Source: Octopus sinensis
Taxonomy: Eukaryota
Direction: 5' to 3'
Length of the DNA stretch: 39,793 nucleotides
Assembly: GCF_006345805.1 (NCBI RefSeq)
Contig: NW_021835516.1
Location: 1 to 39,793 of the forward strand
Shown: positions 11,245-23,105 of the stretch, piece by piece
How the letters are laid out: each line of letters starts with the position of its first letter
How positions within the stretch are numbered: the first letter of the stretch is position 1
Made by a program: the position numbers and the translations under genes
The notes under the pieces: model-generated
Databases searched by the model: none
Seen by the model: only the letters and a program-made list of their open reading frames with translations
Told to the model about the DNA's origin: nothing

Positions 11245-11400
11245 GCTGTGTGTCTGTATTTGTTCGCATTTCTGGTTTGTTTAGTGCTCGTAAAAATAAA
11301 GGCTCGGAAACCTTTAAAAAGAAATACTAGGGTCGATTTATTCGACTAAAACCCTTCATGCTGCAGACTATGATCGAAAGCAAATAATAGAAGAGATAAG
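11245..11400 (+). mobile_element. SINE family B 3' module, decayed
   Basis: tgtgtgtctgtatttg...tactagggtcgatttattcgactaaaa matches the reverse complement of the family B tail. Confidence 0.55.
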
Positions 11401-11451
11401 TCTGTATACGCATATATATATATATGTGTGTGTGGGTGCGTGTGTGTTTCC

Positions 11452-11488
11452 TGTTTCCGAAGACGAGCTATGCTCGAAACGTAAAACA
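11452..11488 (+). ncRNA. Minimal type I hammerhead ribozyme motif (Penelope pLTR-type), U4C variant
   Basis: TGTTT (stem I 5') - CCGAAGA (core CUGANGA with U4->C) - extra C - GAGC/TAT/GCTC (stem II) - GAAA - CGT (palindromic ACGT stem III) - A (GUA cleavage triplet, 11481-11483) - AAACA (stem I 3', perfect 5-bp match). Confidence 0.7.
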
Positions 11489-11590
11489 CCTACTCTCCTC
11501 TTGCTCCGAGCATCATATTAATACTTTGTGCTACGTTCTCACGTTTGTTTGTTTATTTTTTCTTTTTCATTTCCCCCTGTTTATTTTTAC

Positions 11591-11636
<46 letters not shown>

Positions 11637-11682
11637 CAAATGCCCGTTGTACACACACACACACACACACACATATGCATAC

Positions 11683-11779
11683 ATACACTTGCCCAAGGTG
11701 CGACGCAGACGCAGTGGAACTGAACCTGGAACCATGTTGCCGGTAAGCAAACTGCTTACCATACAGCCACTCCCGCCCA
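11683..11779 (-). mobile_element. SINE family B head fragment
   Basis: acacttgcccaaggtg...gaactgaacctggaaccatg...cttaccatacagccactcc. Confidence 0.75.
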
Positions 11780-12169
11780 CATATAAAATAATACTTATAA
11801 CTATTAAACATATAGTTTTGCTGCGTTGAATGACATTCGAGTATTAGACTGGAAATTTTCGGTTGTTTAGCATAAGTCTCCTCCAAGTGGCTGTGCAATT
11901 TACAAATATAACAATTTTTTTTTAGTTTATTTAAAGCTGTTACCGAGACGCACAGATAAAAATAGCCCCTGACTATACAGAAAATGTTTTAATTCACAGT
12001 TTGAGCTAAACAGTTTATTGGTTTTCGTTTGGCAATTGTTAGACTATTAATTTACCGATAAAGCATGGAAATTTAAAAGCCGAAATTTGATAACTGAAGT
12101 AGTCCTATTATTATAATTTATGTAGTGATAATATTACTGCGAAAAAAAACCTAAGGGATATAACTTTAG

Positions 12170-12174
12170 TGGAA

Positions 12175-12263
<89 letters not shown>

Positions 12264-12530
12264 CATATATATATATGTATATATTAATATATGTATGTAT
12301 ATATATATATATGTATGCATGTAAAATACATATATGTATGTATATATATATATATATGTATGCATGTAAATATACATATATATATATATCTACATATATA
12401 TATATATATATATACATATGAATATATATACATATATATATATGTACATGTATATATATGTATATATATATATGTATATTTACATATATATATATATACA
12501 TGCATATATGTATATATATATAAGTATATT
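12170..12530. repeat. (TA)n/(TATG)n microsatellite
   Basis: Read directly from sequence. Confidence 0.95.
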
Positions 12531-12559
12531 AGAAGGTTTGGAGGTGAGGTACAGATATT

Positions 12560-12854
12560 ATATATAAGAAAAAATAAGGTATTCAGAGATCTGGATGGTT
12601 GTCCATATACAAATATTTATTAACATGTCATGTTTTTACAAATCACATATTTTCATCTACTCTAATAGATTCTTCAGATTGAAATTGCGTGAAGGGATTC
12701 GTCTCTTTTTATAGTATTAGTGAATGGATTTAAATCTGAAGAATCTATTAGAGTAGATAAAAATATATGATTTGTAAAAACATGACATGTTAATAAATAT
12801 TTGTATATGGACAACCATTCAGATCTCTGAATACCTTATTTTTTCTAATATATA
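12560..12854. mobile_element. Foldback/MITE-like element with about 121-bp terminal inverted repeats
   Basis: 12560-12680 vs reverse complement of 12733-12854, 4 mismatches by eye; about 50-bp spacer; both ends in (TA)n. The MITE label is inferred. Confidence 0.75.
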
Positions 12855-12923
12855 TGTATGCACATACACACACATATATATATATATATTTACACACACA
12901 CACATACACACACACACACACAT

Positions 12924-12954
<31 letters not shown>

Positions 12955-13029
12955 CATGTGTGCGTGTGTACCTATGTCTATAACTCTTGTCAATTATGTT
13001 CTACCGTTAGTTAACAAATCTTTCATCGT

Positions 13030-13288
13030 TTATTTTCATTTGCTTCAATCATTGTATTGCGGTCATGCTGGGTCACCTCCTTGGAAATATTAGTAGAACA
13101 AACTGACCGCAGGACATTTTTCTTTCCTAAGCTTGGTAGTTATTCTATTAGCCGCTTTTTGCTGAATTTGCTAAGTCACGACGACGTAAACAAACCAAAA
13201 CAGTTTGACTGGCGATGGTGGGGGACAAGCACAAATATGAAGACACACACTCGTAGATATGAACATATACATATTCATATACTGTACG

Positions 13289-13329
<41 letters not shown>

Positions 13330-13498
13330 TAAACATGACAGGCTTCTTTCAGTTTCCTTCTACCCTACCAAATCCAGTCACAAAGATTTATTCAACTCGA
13401 TGCTATAGTAGAAGACACCCAAAGTGACGTGTAGTGGTGGAACTGAGTCTGGAACCATGTACTTGGGAAGCAGACTCCTTACCACAGAGCTACATCCG
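13030..13498 (-). mobile_element. SINE family B, decayed full-length copy
   Basis: Both halves present around an internal microsatellite: gcggtcatgctgg...ggggacaagc and ggcttctttcagtttcc...ctatagtagaagacac...ggaaccatg. Confidence 0.75.
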
Positions 13499-13619
13499 TT
13501 TGAATACCAATCTACATACATAATACACATACATACATACATACATACATACATACATACATACATACATACATACATACATACATACATACATACATAC
13601 ATACATACACACACACATA

Positions 13620-13965
13620 ATGTCTTTGGACACCAAAAAGATAGAGGATAACTTTGGAAAACTGTTTCGAAACCACCAGCGTTTATATCTAGATTATAAA
13701 TTCACAACTATACTTATGATAATTGGTGCTCTTGGTTTTGTGATTAAATGCTTAAGTGAAAATCAGGATAAACTGGGGATTTCAGAAAAAGCAATCAACC
13801 AACTAACTCGAACATTAAAATCTGTAAGAGGAACATTAAAAATATGCAAGACATTTTTCAAGCATAAAATATGATATAGTCTTCGTTATTCATATTCCAG
13901 CGATGAAGCATTTTATATTTTTAGAAGCCATCTCGTTCCTCAGTCGAAGAATTGAAATAAAATAA
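13620..13965 (+). mobile_element. 3' end of an RLE-type (R4/Dong/NeSL-like) non-LTR retrotransposon
   Basis: ORF 13620-13874 LDTKKIEDNFGKLFRNHQRLYLDYKFTTILMIIGALGFVIKCLSENQDKLGIS...LTRTLKSVRGTLKICKTF resembles the RLE C-terminal pattern K..NY..L...L...Y......IPIIIGALG.V...L...L..LG......T.KI.K.F; followed by a short UTR ending aaataaaataaaa. Confidence 0.6.
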
Positions 13966-14347
13966 AACAGGAGAGAACAAACATAGAACAATACACAAAA
14001 CTCATATATTTACCGAGGCTTTTACTGTGCAAATTGAATATATATTTTCTTCTCCATTCCATAGTGTTTGTTAAATATAATAACACATATAACACTTCAT
14101 ACACAACAAAAATGAAAACGAAAAAAAGCAAAAACAAAAAGAACCAGAAATCTTTTTCATATAGTTTATTGCATGTTTTTCTCCTCTTCATAATTATGTA
14201 AATATTTAACAAGTGATATATTTCCAAAATTCCTTTTGAATAAATGAAGAATTATAGAATTATATTCACAAAGGAGAACATCTGGGAAAAAACAACAGAA
14301 TAAAAAGAAAGGAAAAAATAACAAAGTATATGTAATAGAATATAAAT

Positions 14348-14420
14348 TCTTCTTCTTCTTCTTCTTCTTCTTCTTCTTCTTCTTCTTCTTCTTCTTCTTC
14401 TTCTCCTTCTTTTTCTTCTT
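14348..14420. repeat. (CTT)n microsatellite
   Basis: Read directly; source of the poly-K ORF. Confidence 0.95.
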
Positions 14421-14721
14421 ATTAATTTTTAAAATTATTATTACTATTATTAACATGAATCCAATGCATATTGTATTGGATTTTAGATATAAATTGAAAA
14501 AACACAAGAATATTAACAATTATAAATAACAAGGCAAAGAAAGGAAACCGGAACGAAGAATTTTAAAGATGAATTTATTATTGATTTTTGGTTAAAATTG
14601 AAATGTAACAGGCAAATACTCACAAAGGGATTCCTGAACCCATTTTTACTATCAGCAGACGTTTTCTGATATCACATATATTTTCTTTGAATTTCTTAGA
14701 ATTGCTTTGTCATTCTATTGA

Positions 14722-14948
14722 GCAAAACCTCTGCGTGGTCGCTCAACATGTTAAATATTGTAGTCAAAGCCCTCCCAAATCCCATCCTATTGTTTTTAGA
14801 AATGGAAGTATGGAAGTATGAAAGAACATATTTGAGAGTGTATTCTGGAATAAACTAAAGAGATGGGGATGATCATGCTTATATAGCTCTTGATCATAGG
14901 CCTGCTCGACCATGACTAACCTGGGGTTAAACAACAATAACAATAACA
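14722..14948 (+). mobile_element. SINE family C, 3' half with (CAA)n-like tail
   Basis: cctctgcgtggtcgctcaac...gatcataggcctgctcgacc...acctggggttaaacaacaataac. Confidence 0.7.
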
Positions 14949-15704
14949 TGGTCTTTTTTTCTCTTAAAGAGTGACTCAATGAGATCAAGTGTAAAATTTG
15001 GAGTAACTAATGAATACCATTAAAAGATGCACTATACCTGTCTCATTTAGTATCATATATTAAAATATTGTGTGTAATATATTTAAGATAGTATAAATAC
15101 ATTGTGACACTCGATATCATCAATCAAAATATACTGAATAATTATTTTAGTTAATACAAATTTAGTGTTTGTCTTTTATCAAGTTGGAAATTAAAATTTT
15201 CAAAGTTATATAAGTTAATATGAATCTACTGTGACACTTGGAGTCACAAATTAAAAAAAAAATCTGTGTAATAAACCGAAGTTAAATGTCGAATTAAATG
15301 TCAGGTTTAGTCACGAATTAAAACATAAATTTAGTGTCACAAACGGAGTCACAAATTAAAATATGTGACTCTATGGACGTCACTGGTGCCGCAAAATAAA
15401 ATATTCAAGCTAATTGTCACACTTTGAGTCACAAATCAAAATATCTCTAAGAAAACATGTAAATGTGGTATTCCATTTAAATTAAAATAATATATACTAA
15501 TTTAAATCAAAGGTAAGACCTGGAGCTACAAATTATGTATATTTACGTTAATGTAAATCAAAGAGTGTATATTTTGTTCTTTGTTGTGTTTGTTTTGTTA
15601 TCATCCATTTTAAAATGGATGCCATCATGATCATCACCGCCGTCAATATTATAATATCGGATCTATTTCGGTTTGGCTGTGATTGAAAACAAATTATTTG
15701 AAAC

Positions 15705-15966
15705 AACACAGCTGGGGTACCATCTGCTGATGAGAGAGCTTCTACATAGTTGCTTGACCTGCTACAAATAGAAGTCAAATGTTCCTTAAATTATACTTTA
15801 CTCTATTACCAAAAATATAAATATACTAAAAGGCAATGAACGACACATAGGATTATGTAGTCGTAGATGCAATATAACTGGATAGAATATATACAGGGAT
15901 GGTCATCGATGGAATGCCTTTACTCATAGATGTGTTCAAGCGGGACTAAAGTGGAACTGAACAACC
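15705..15966 (+). mobile_element. SINE family C, decayed
   Basis: gacctgctacaaatagaagtcaaat...ggatggtcatcgatggaatgccttt...aactgaacaac. Confidence 0.65.
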
Positions 15967-16462
15967 CTTATCTTTGAGACTGTGCCTCATTCTTTTCCAA
16001 CCCCGTAAAAAAATCGAGAAATCACAAACAGTAATATGAGGTGAATGGATAATGGTTTAGTTAAATTATATTCCAAGAGGAATCGAATCAGTTCCAAGAA
16101 TCGAAGATTATAATAGATAAGAGATTTGAGATTAAAACTTCAGAATAAAGAGAAGTCAACGGAAATTTGAGTTGCAGATAAAAAATGTAAATGTGCTTCT
16201 GTTAGTGTAGATGAGTGTATTTACAGATCTATTAATTGTGAAATTATAATATATTTTAATATATAAACATGTGTGTGTATATATGGGAATGAGTGTATGT
16301 GTGCAAAATTCAAAATGATAACAATAATAGTGATAAATAAGGCAAAAACAAACTACTGTCAACATATACATTTCGTCTTTTTGGTCAATGTTACAAGAAA
16401 CCATCAAGGCACATGAAAATGTATTATGCATAAAATAACTCGAGTTATGTGTGTGTATGAGA

Positions 16463-16503
<41 letters not shown>

Positions 16504-16608
16504 TGAGTGTGTGTGTGTGTATGTGTGTGAGTGTGTGTGTGTATGTCCGCGCGTGCGCATGTGTGTAAACATATACAATAGATGTATATGTAGATGAATA
16601 TATATATA

Positions 16609-17894
16609 TAAGGTCATTAAGAATAAAATGTCCGATTTTCTTATGCACCAAGATTTTCTTATGCACCATGTTTTATCCATACAATTCTTTGTTTTACAAC
16701 ATCGAAGAGTTACATCATCACTTTTCGAAATGCAATTCATGGTGTCTGATTTTATTGTGAGTTTTCTCTTGTAAATCAATGTTTGTGAACCCATGGAGAG
16801 ATCAAAAATTTGTGTTGTTTATGAATATGAGTTCCGTCGTGAAACCAATGCACCCCAGACAGCTCGAACCATCAATGAGGTGTTTGGTAAAAATGTGGCG
16901 AATGAGCGCCCTGAACACCGATAGTTTGAGAAGTTCCGGTCTGGTGACTTTACTCTTGAAAATCAGCCCCGTGGTAGACCTGACACCAAGGTGGATAATG
17001 ATGAGCTGGAAACTGTCGAGGAAGCGGATACATCTCAAACTACGCGTGAATAAGCAGCAAAGTTTGATGCTTTGATTCCAACTGTATTGGACCATCTGAA
17101 ACAAATCAGAAAGGTAAAGAAGCTGGACAAGTGGGTATCACATGAACTGAACGAACATCGAATGACACGACGTTTTGAAACTTGCTGTTCTTTGCTGTCA
17201 CAGCATAAAAGCGAACCATTTTTGCATCGTATTATTACGTGTGATGAAAAATGGATTCTTTTCAACAATAGCAAGCGTTCTGCACGGTGGATGGATAGAG
17301 ACAAAGTGCCAAAACACAATCCAAAAAAAAAAGAATATTCACCAAAAAACAAAAGCTACTGGTGTCTGTTTGGTTGACCAGCACTGATGTCATCCACTAC
17401 AGCTTCACGAGACCTGGTAAGTCAATTACAGCAGATGTATACATCAACCAGTTGGATGAAATAATGAGTGAACTTGCAATTAAACAACTGAGATTGGTCA
17501 ATAGAGACAGGCCAATTCTCTTGCAAGACAATACTCAACAACATGTTGCACAAAGAATGCTACTTAAGTTACTGGAACTGAACTTGGAAGTACTCTGTCA
17601 TCCACCATATTCCTCAGACTTGCACCAACTGACTTTGATGTTTCCCAGGCATTAGACAACTTTTTGCAAAGAAAAACTTCAAATCTGAAGAAGATACAAA
17701 AACAGCCTTTCGCGACTTCACCACCTCTTTCTCTCTAGAACTTTTCGCTCACGGCATAAATAAGCTACCGATAAAATGGCAAAGTCATGTTGATAATTTA
17801 GATGCATACTTTGATTAACTGCATTGCTTTTTGTTGAGATAAAGTAAAATAAACTTTCAGTTAAAAATCGGGCATTTCATTCTTAATGATCCGA
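16609..17894 (+). mobile_element. Full-length mariner (DD34D) DNA transposon, 1286 bp, Hsmar1/cecropia-like
   Basis: 31-bp TIRs (16609-16639 TAAGGTCATTAAGAATAAAATGTCCGATTTT vs reverse complement of 17864-17894, 26/31 identical); TA on both sides; disrupted transposase inside. Confidence 0.95.
16793..17818 (+). pseudogene. Mariner transposase pseudogene
   Basis: MERSKI...HLKQIRKVKKLDKWVSHEL (WVPHEL), TCDEKW, LLQDN, HPPYSSDLAPTD (34 residues between D2 and D3 after frameshift correction), ends ...VDNLDAYFD*. In-frame stops and frameshifts present. Confidence 0.95.
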
Positions 17895-18217
17895 TATATA
17901 TATATATGTGCGTGTGTGTGTGTGTGTGTGAGTGTGTGTGTGTGTGTGTGTGCGTGTGTGTGTGTGTGTGGAGATAGACAATAGACAGATAAATAGATAA
18001 ATAGATAAATTGATACATCCATACATAGACGAATAAATTACTAAAGATTGAAACAGAAAGTGAAACACAGAAAGACAGATATGCGTGCATGTGTGTTTTC
18101 ATTTAAATATATGTTATCTCACATGTAAATATAATATGCATGTGGTGTTTTCACGTCCTCTTTGCCTAATTTCATCAATTTCAGTAGTATCTAATTATCA
18201 CATTATGCATACATACA

Positions 18218-18258
<41 letters not shown>

Positions 18259-18304
18259 CTAAATTGGCAACATGATCATCCTCAAATACAACAATATATA
18301 CATA

Positions 18305-18368
<64 letters not shown>

Positions 18369-18374
<6 letters not shown>

Positions 18375-19606
18375 GTCCCAAAAATATATACACACCTTAA
18401 CAGCTGATTACTAAATATTCAGCTGTTCAGCTGTTTCTTTGATTTAGTCCAAGAGAAATAATGAAGGGACAAGACTAATCTTTGAGAAAAAGAGAGTTAT
18501 CGTGACTTGGTACTGGAAGTTTGAAAATGCGGTCGAGGAGAGTTTAGGAAGGAATTTCAAACAGATCCACCTATCCGATTAACCACCACTGGAATTAGAG
18601 GTAAATTTGACGCTGTTGAAACTGTTTAGAATGTCATCAAGAAAAGTTGTCGAAAGACCGCGGGCACGTATAAGCCCCATAAAGCAACGAAGTGTACGGG
18701 AAGTGTATTGCCAGATTTGCCGAAAATCTGCTGGGCTAGCGAGTCGTGAGATAGGAATTTGAAAAATCAAGCGTCCATTGCATTTTGAAGGGCAGTTTTT
18801 CGGAAAAGTTTCATTCCAAGAATAGCCCATGTTCCCAATGAGGGTCATCCAGAGCGAAGAGTGTTGTTTTGTGACAGGTATTTGGCAAGATGAGTAGAAA
18901 ATTCACGCAGTCCAAAAACATTGTCTGATGCTAGATTTGAATTAAATGGCTCAATTAACCACCACGGCTGTACCTACTGAATACCCGATAACCTGTATAT
19001 TTTGGGGTTCGTCATAGTAATTGACTGGGTGTTACAGTATGATGCAGCTTAGATTCAAAAGGATTAACTGGACCATTCTGTTTTGATGGTACTGTGTGTG
19101 TTCCAATTTACTTGAATTTGTTGCGACAATCTGTCATGCTACCCATTCAAGAGGACTTTGAGATGTGTAGTTTTATTTCCAGAGAGAAAGGGCACCTCTG
19201 CACTACCAGAATAATGTAAGGGCTTACATTGATGAAGCTTTACCCAGCGGGTGGATTGGACGACGAGATTCAGTAAAATATCCTTTTAGTTCACCAGGCC
19301 TCATACCATTTATTTTTCCCTGTGGGAACACTTAAAACAGAGGATTTACGGTAGAAAACCGGCAATAGTGGGCGATTAGAGGGAAGCCATTGAACACAAA
19401 TGCGCACAAATACTGAACGAAATGTTTCTTCAGGTTTACGATTTCATTGCTATGCATGATTAACAATGGCTGACAAATTGGAAACAGAAAAACGATTAAG
19501 TTCCGTCTGCAGATTTTATTAAATTTAAAAATTGAAATGCGTTTTGATAAACACTGACTCTATATTTAATCATTGTGTGGTGTATCTACATTTTTAGGAC
19601 ACCCCG
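18369..19606 (+). mobile_element. Full-length decayed Tc1/mariner transposon, DD41D (rosa/Visitor-type), 1238 bp
   Basis: 28-bp TIRs (TAAGGTGTCCCAAAAATATATACACACC vs CGGGGTGTCCTAAAAATGTAGATACACC, 21/28); TA flanks. Residual translation [71 protein letters not shown]; 41 residues between the inferred D2 and D3 positions. Confidence 0.85.
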
Positions 19607-19619
19607 TATTTATAAAAGA

Positions 19620-19688
19620 CACATACATAGTACATATATATATATCTATATATATATGTATATATATATGTATATATATAATATATAA

Positions 19689-19721
<33 letters not shown>

Positions 19722-19769
19722 CTGTGTAAATTATACATTTTATATATAGATGTTATATATACTATATTT

Positions 19770-19801
<32 letters not shown>

Positions 19802-19839
19802 ATATATATTATATATATATATAATATATATATATATAA

Positions 19840-19893
<54 letters not shown>

Positions 19894-19915
19894 ATATATA
19901 TATGCATGTATGTAT
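19620..19915. repeat. (TA)n microsatellite
   Basis: Read directly from sequence. Confidence 0.95.
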
Positions 19916-20031
19916 GAGAAATGCTATTGAAATCATTGTGAATGTATTTAAGCTATCAATCGCAGATCAATGGGTGGTTATTCGTTCACATTAAACCTCA
20001 CTCCCGCGGCAAACACACACACATACAAATA

Positions 20032-20205
20032 TTTCCGATGAAGGAGTATCAAAGCTGGACGATCTACCTGCTAGAAATAGCAACCAAATATCCCTCAAAA
20101 CACTTTCTATTGTCTTAATTAGGAAGGCTACCATTGATAATGTAGTCTTAGATAAGCTATGGTCAAAAGTTTATTAAATCAAGGCTGACCGGCACTAGCA
20201 ACACA
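20032..20205 (+). mobile_element. SINE family C fragment
   Basis: gatctacctgctagaaatagcaaccaaatatccctcaaa...gataatgtagtcttagat...aaggctgacc. Confidence 0.65.
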
Positions 20206-21051
20206 GACTCCATTCTCTATGAAAATATACTTATAAAGGCGATCGTAATTAAAATATTAATTATATAATTATATATATATATATATATATATTTTATATA
20301 CGTGGCAGTGACGAGTCTCGTTGAATATTGGTTACATTCTGGCAAGGAGAGTGCGAATCAAGGTTTCGATTCTTTTACGTATTCATTTCATTTCCACGTT
20401 CGTTTCTAATGCTCTCGACAAAGAAGGCACGTATGAACACCACACTGTTTCAAATCGCATCCCTGTTCATGAACCTGAGGTTTATCTGCGTACGAAATTA
20501 ATTATTTTGTTAGTGATTTATTAATCGGATGAAAGACTGCGTTCTTAACCGTTTGTATGAATGACATCCGAGACCAGGAGGAGAAAAGGCAGAAGAAGAC
20601 CACAGCTCATAAGTTATTAATTATCCCCAAACTAGAACGCCGGTCTAAATGCGTTCAACAGAGTGGATTCTGCTAAAGGCAATCAAGGCCCAGGTAGTGG
20701 TGTTCAACTAGAAAATGGCTTTCATATATTGATTTGTAAGATAAATTCATTCGATTTTGCTTTCTTACTTGGCACTCCATAGTCTTGTGTGTGAAAAGAG
20801 GTGAATTTTATTCGAATTTCAAAAATGGTAAACAAAAGTTAAAACACATAAACGCTACGATTAAAAATATTTTTCGTGTTAATTCAGATAACATTGGAAA
20901 GGATTAATATACATGCATACACACAGATATATGTATATATGCGTGTGTGTGTGTGTAAAAATGGACGATTTTATCTGACAACCCAACATTGAACGAAAAC
21001 AGATATAATTTCAAATTTTTGCAGCAGGGGCGGCTTGGGAGGAGGGGATTA

Positions 21052-21376
21052 TAACCGGTACTTATTTAATCGACGCCGAAAGGATGAAAGGCAAAGTCGA
21101 CCTTGGCGGAATTTGAACTCAGAACGTAGCGGCAGACGAAATACCTATTTCTTTACGACCCACAAGGGGCTAAACACAGAGGGGACAATCAAGGACAGAC
21201 AAACGGATTAAGTCGATTATATCGACCCCAGTGTGTAACTGGTACTTAATTAATCGACCCCGAAAGGATGAAAGGCAAAGTCGACTTCGGCGGAATTTGA
21301 ACTCAGAGCGTAACGGCAGACGAAATACCGCTAAGCATTTCGCCCGGCTTGCTAAAGATTCTGACAGCTCGCCGCC
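21052..21376 (-). mobile_element. SINE family A dimer
   Basis: Two cores joined at gaaatac|ctatttcttt (21144/21145); single head at the right end. Confidence 0.9.
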
Positions 21377-22519
21377 TTGAGAACAGATATAATATAAGCC
21401 AATTTGCAGATTTCTTTACAATATTCGTCTCCCCAATTTCCTTCACAAGACCTGACCCAATACGTTTTAGTAGCATAAAACACTTACCTACCCATGGCGC
21501 TGCATAGCGGATCCAACTTGGATACCCACGATTATCCAGCGAATTTCTTAACTACATAGCGATGTTTTTTGTAAATTGCTACCATTTGAAAATATATTTA
21601 CACCACTTAGATAATCTTTTGAATTTTAAAACATCGGTCAAGAACGTGAAAATAAGGTGATATTTCCTTCGTAACGAGGCACTGTACTATTGGTTTTATG
21701 AATTTGGCAATGGTACGAAGCCATTTACATATATCTGCAATGGAATCACCCTGAAGTGTGCAGTTCCCTGGCACTGTACCAACGGATAGTATATTTGGTA
21801 GTAATAATAACTACAATAACAATAAACAAGAGCGAATTGAAAACTAACTGGAAAATACTAAAACAATTTAGCTCAATACTTGTCTCATTAATAAAAAAAA
21901 AAATTCATTAAACATCAAGGCTTGACCTTAAAGAAAAATGTAAATGGCTTGGTTTTGATATTTTATCATCACATAACACGTTTTTAATTGATATTTCTCC
22001 ACCCTATTTTTTGATAGAAGTTTCTTCAAACGAACTAAATTATATAATAATAATTCAATTTAAAATGAACAGTAATTATCTTTAATCTCTTGGCACGATG
22101 TTCAAACTTAAAATATTTTATTCTCTTCTCAACGCCAGATAACTTCGTCCTCGATAATACGTTGTGAAACTAACCAGACGTGTAGTTTGAAAAAAAAAGT
22201 ACAAAGCAAAAAAAAAAAAAAACATTGCGACCAATGTTTTCTCATGTTCTTTCTCTTCCACTTTCTTCTCTTCATCATCGTAACACCACCAACACTGCGG
22301 TAACTTCTAATTCCAATTGTATTCCTTGTTTTTCTTTTTTTTTTAATTCTATACGCTAGTTTGTTTTGCTTTTGATTCAAGAAGAATAAAAGGTAAAGAA
22401 GAACTTCAGAACTTTCTTTTTTATAAGAGGAATGTTGAGAAAAACTAAAGAGTCAAACAATGGACTTTACAATGAATCTAAGATGTGTGTAAACGGCATG
22501 ATATCCATGTGGGCAGACA

Positions 22520-22576
<57 letters not shown>

Positions 22577-22645
22577 AAGGTACTCATATATATATATATT
22601 TATATATGTGTGTGTGTATGTATGTATATATATATATGTATACAA

Positions 22646-22706
<61 letters not shown>

Positions 22707-22785
22707 GCATGTATGTATATATACAAAGATACTTTTATGTATATATATGTATGTACATACATATATAGATAAATATAGATAGATT
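22520..22785. repeat. (TA)n-rich microsatellite downstream of the GPCR stop
   Basis: Read directly from sequence. Confidence 0.9.
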
Positions 22786-23105
22786 TGAAGAAATAAAAAA
22801 AGAAAAAGTAAAAAGACAAACGTCAACAGTAAATAAAAGTGTATGACACCTGCATCAAAACTAGACATCTGTTGAAGAAAACTGTTTAAAATTAAAAGTA
22901 TTTTTTCTTCTATTATTTAACTTTCTTCAAATAACACAGATACGCGTTCTATCCAAGTTCAGAATGTTTGCGAACCATTATGAAAAGTCAAAGTTTTGGA
23001 ATTATTTTAATTTTTTCAAAATATAGTTAATTTAATTTTTTTTTGTTCCGAAATGACTTTTTGAACATTCGTTCAGTGTTACATTTCTTAAAATAAATAA
23101 GAAAA

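Noticed and set aside
18579-18848. Minus-strand 89-aa ORF; likewise 16802-17104 and 17035-17352
   Set aside because: Antisense frames of the transposase pseudogenes.
21478-21800. Minus-strand AG|GTAAGT donor (about 21482-21489) and a Met-less 61-codon frame nearby
   Set aside because: The frame stops before the donor, has no recognisable domain and no clear acceptor; could only be a UTR exon.
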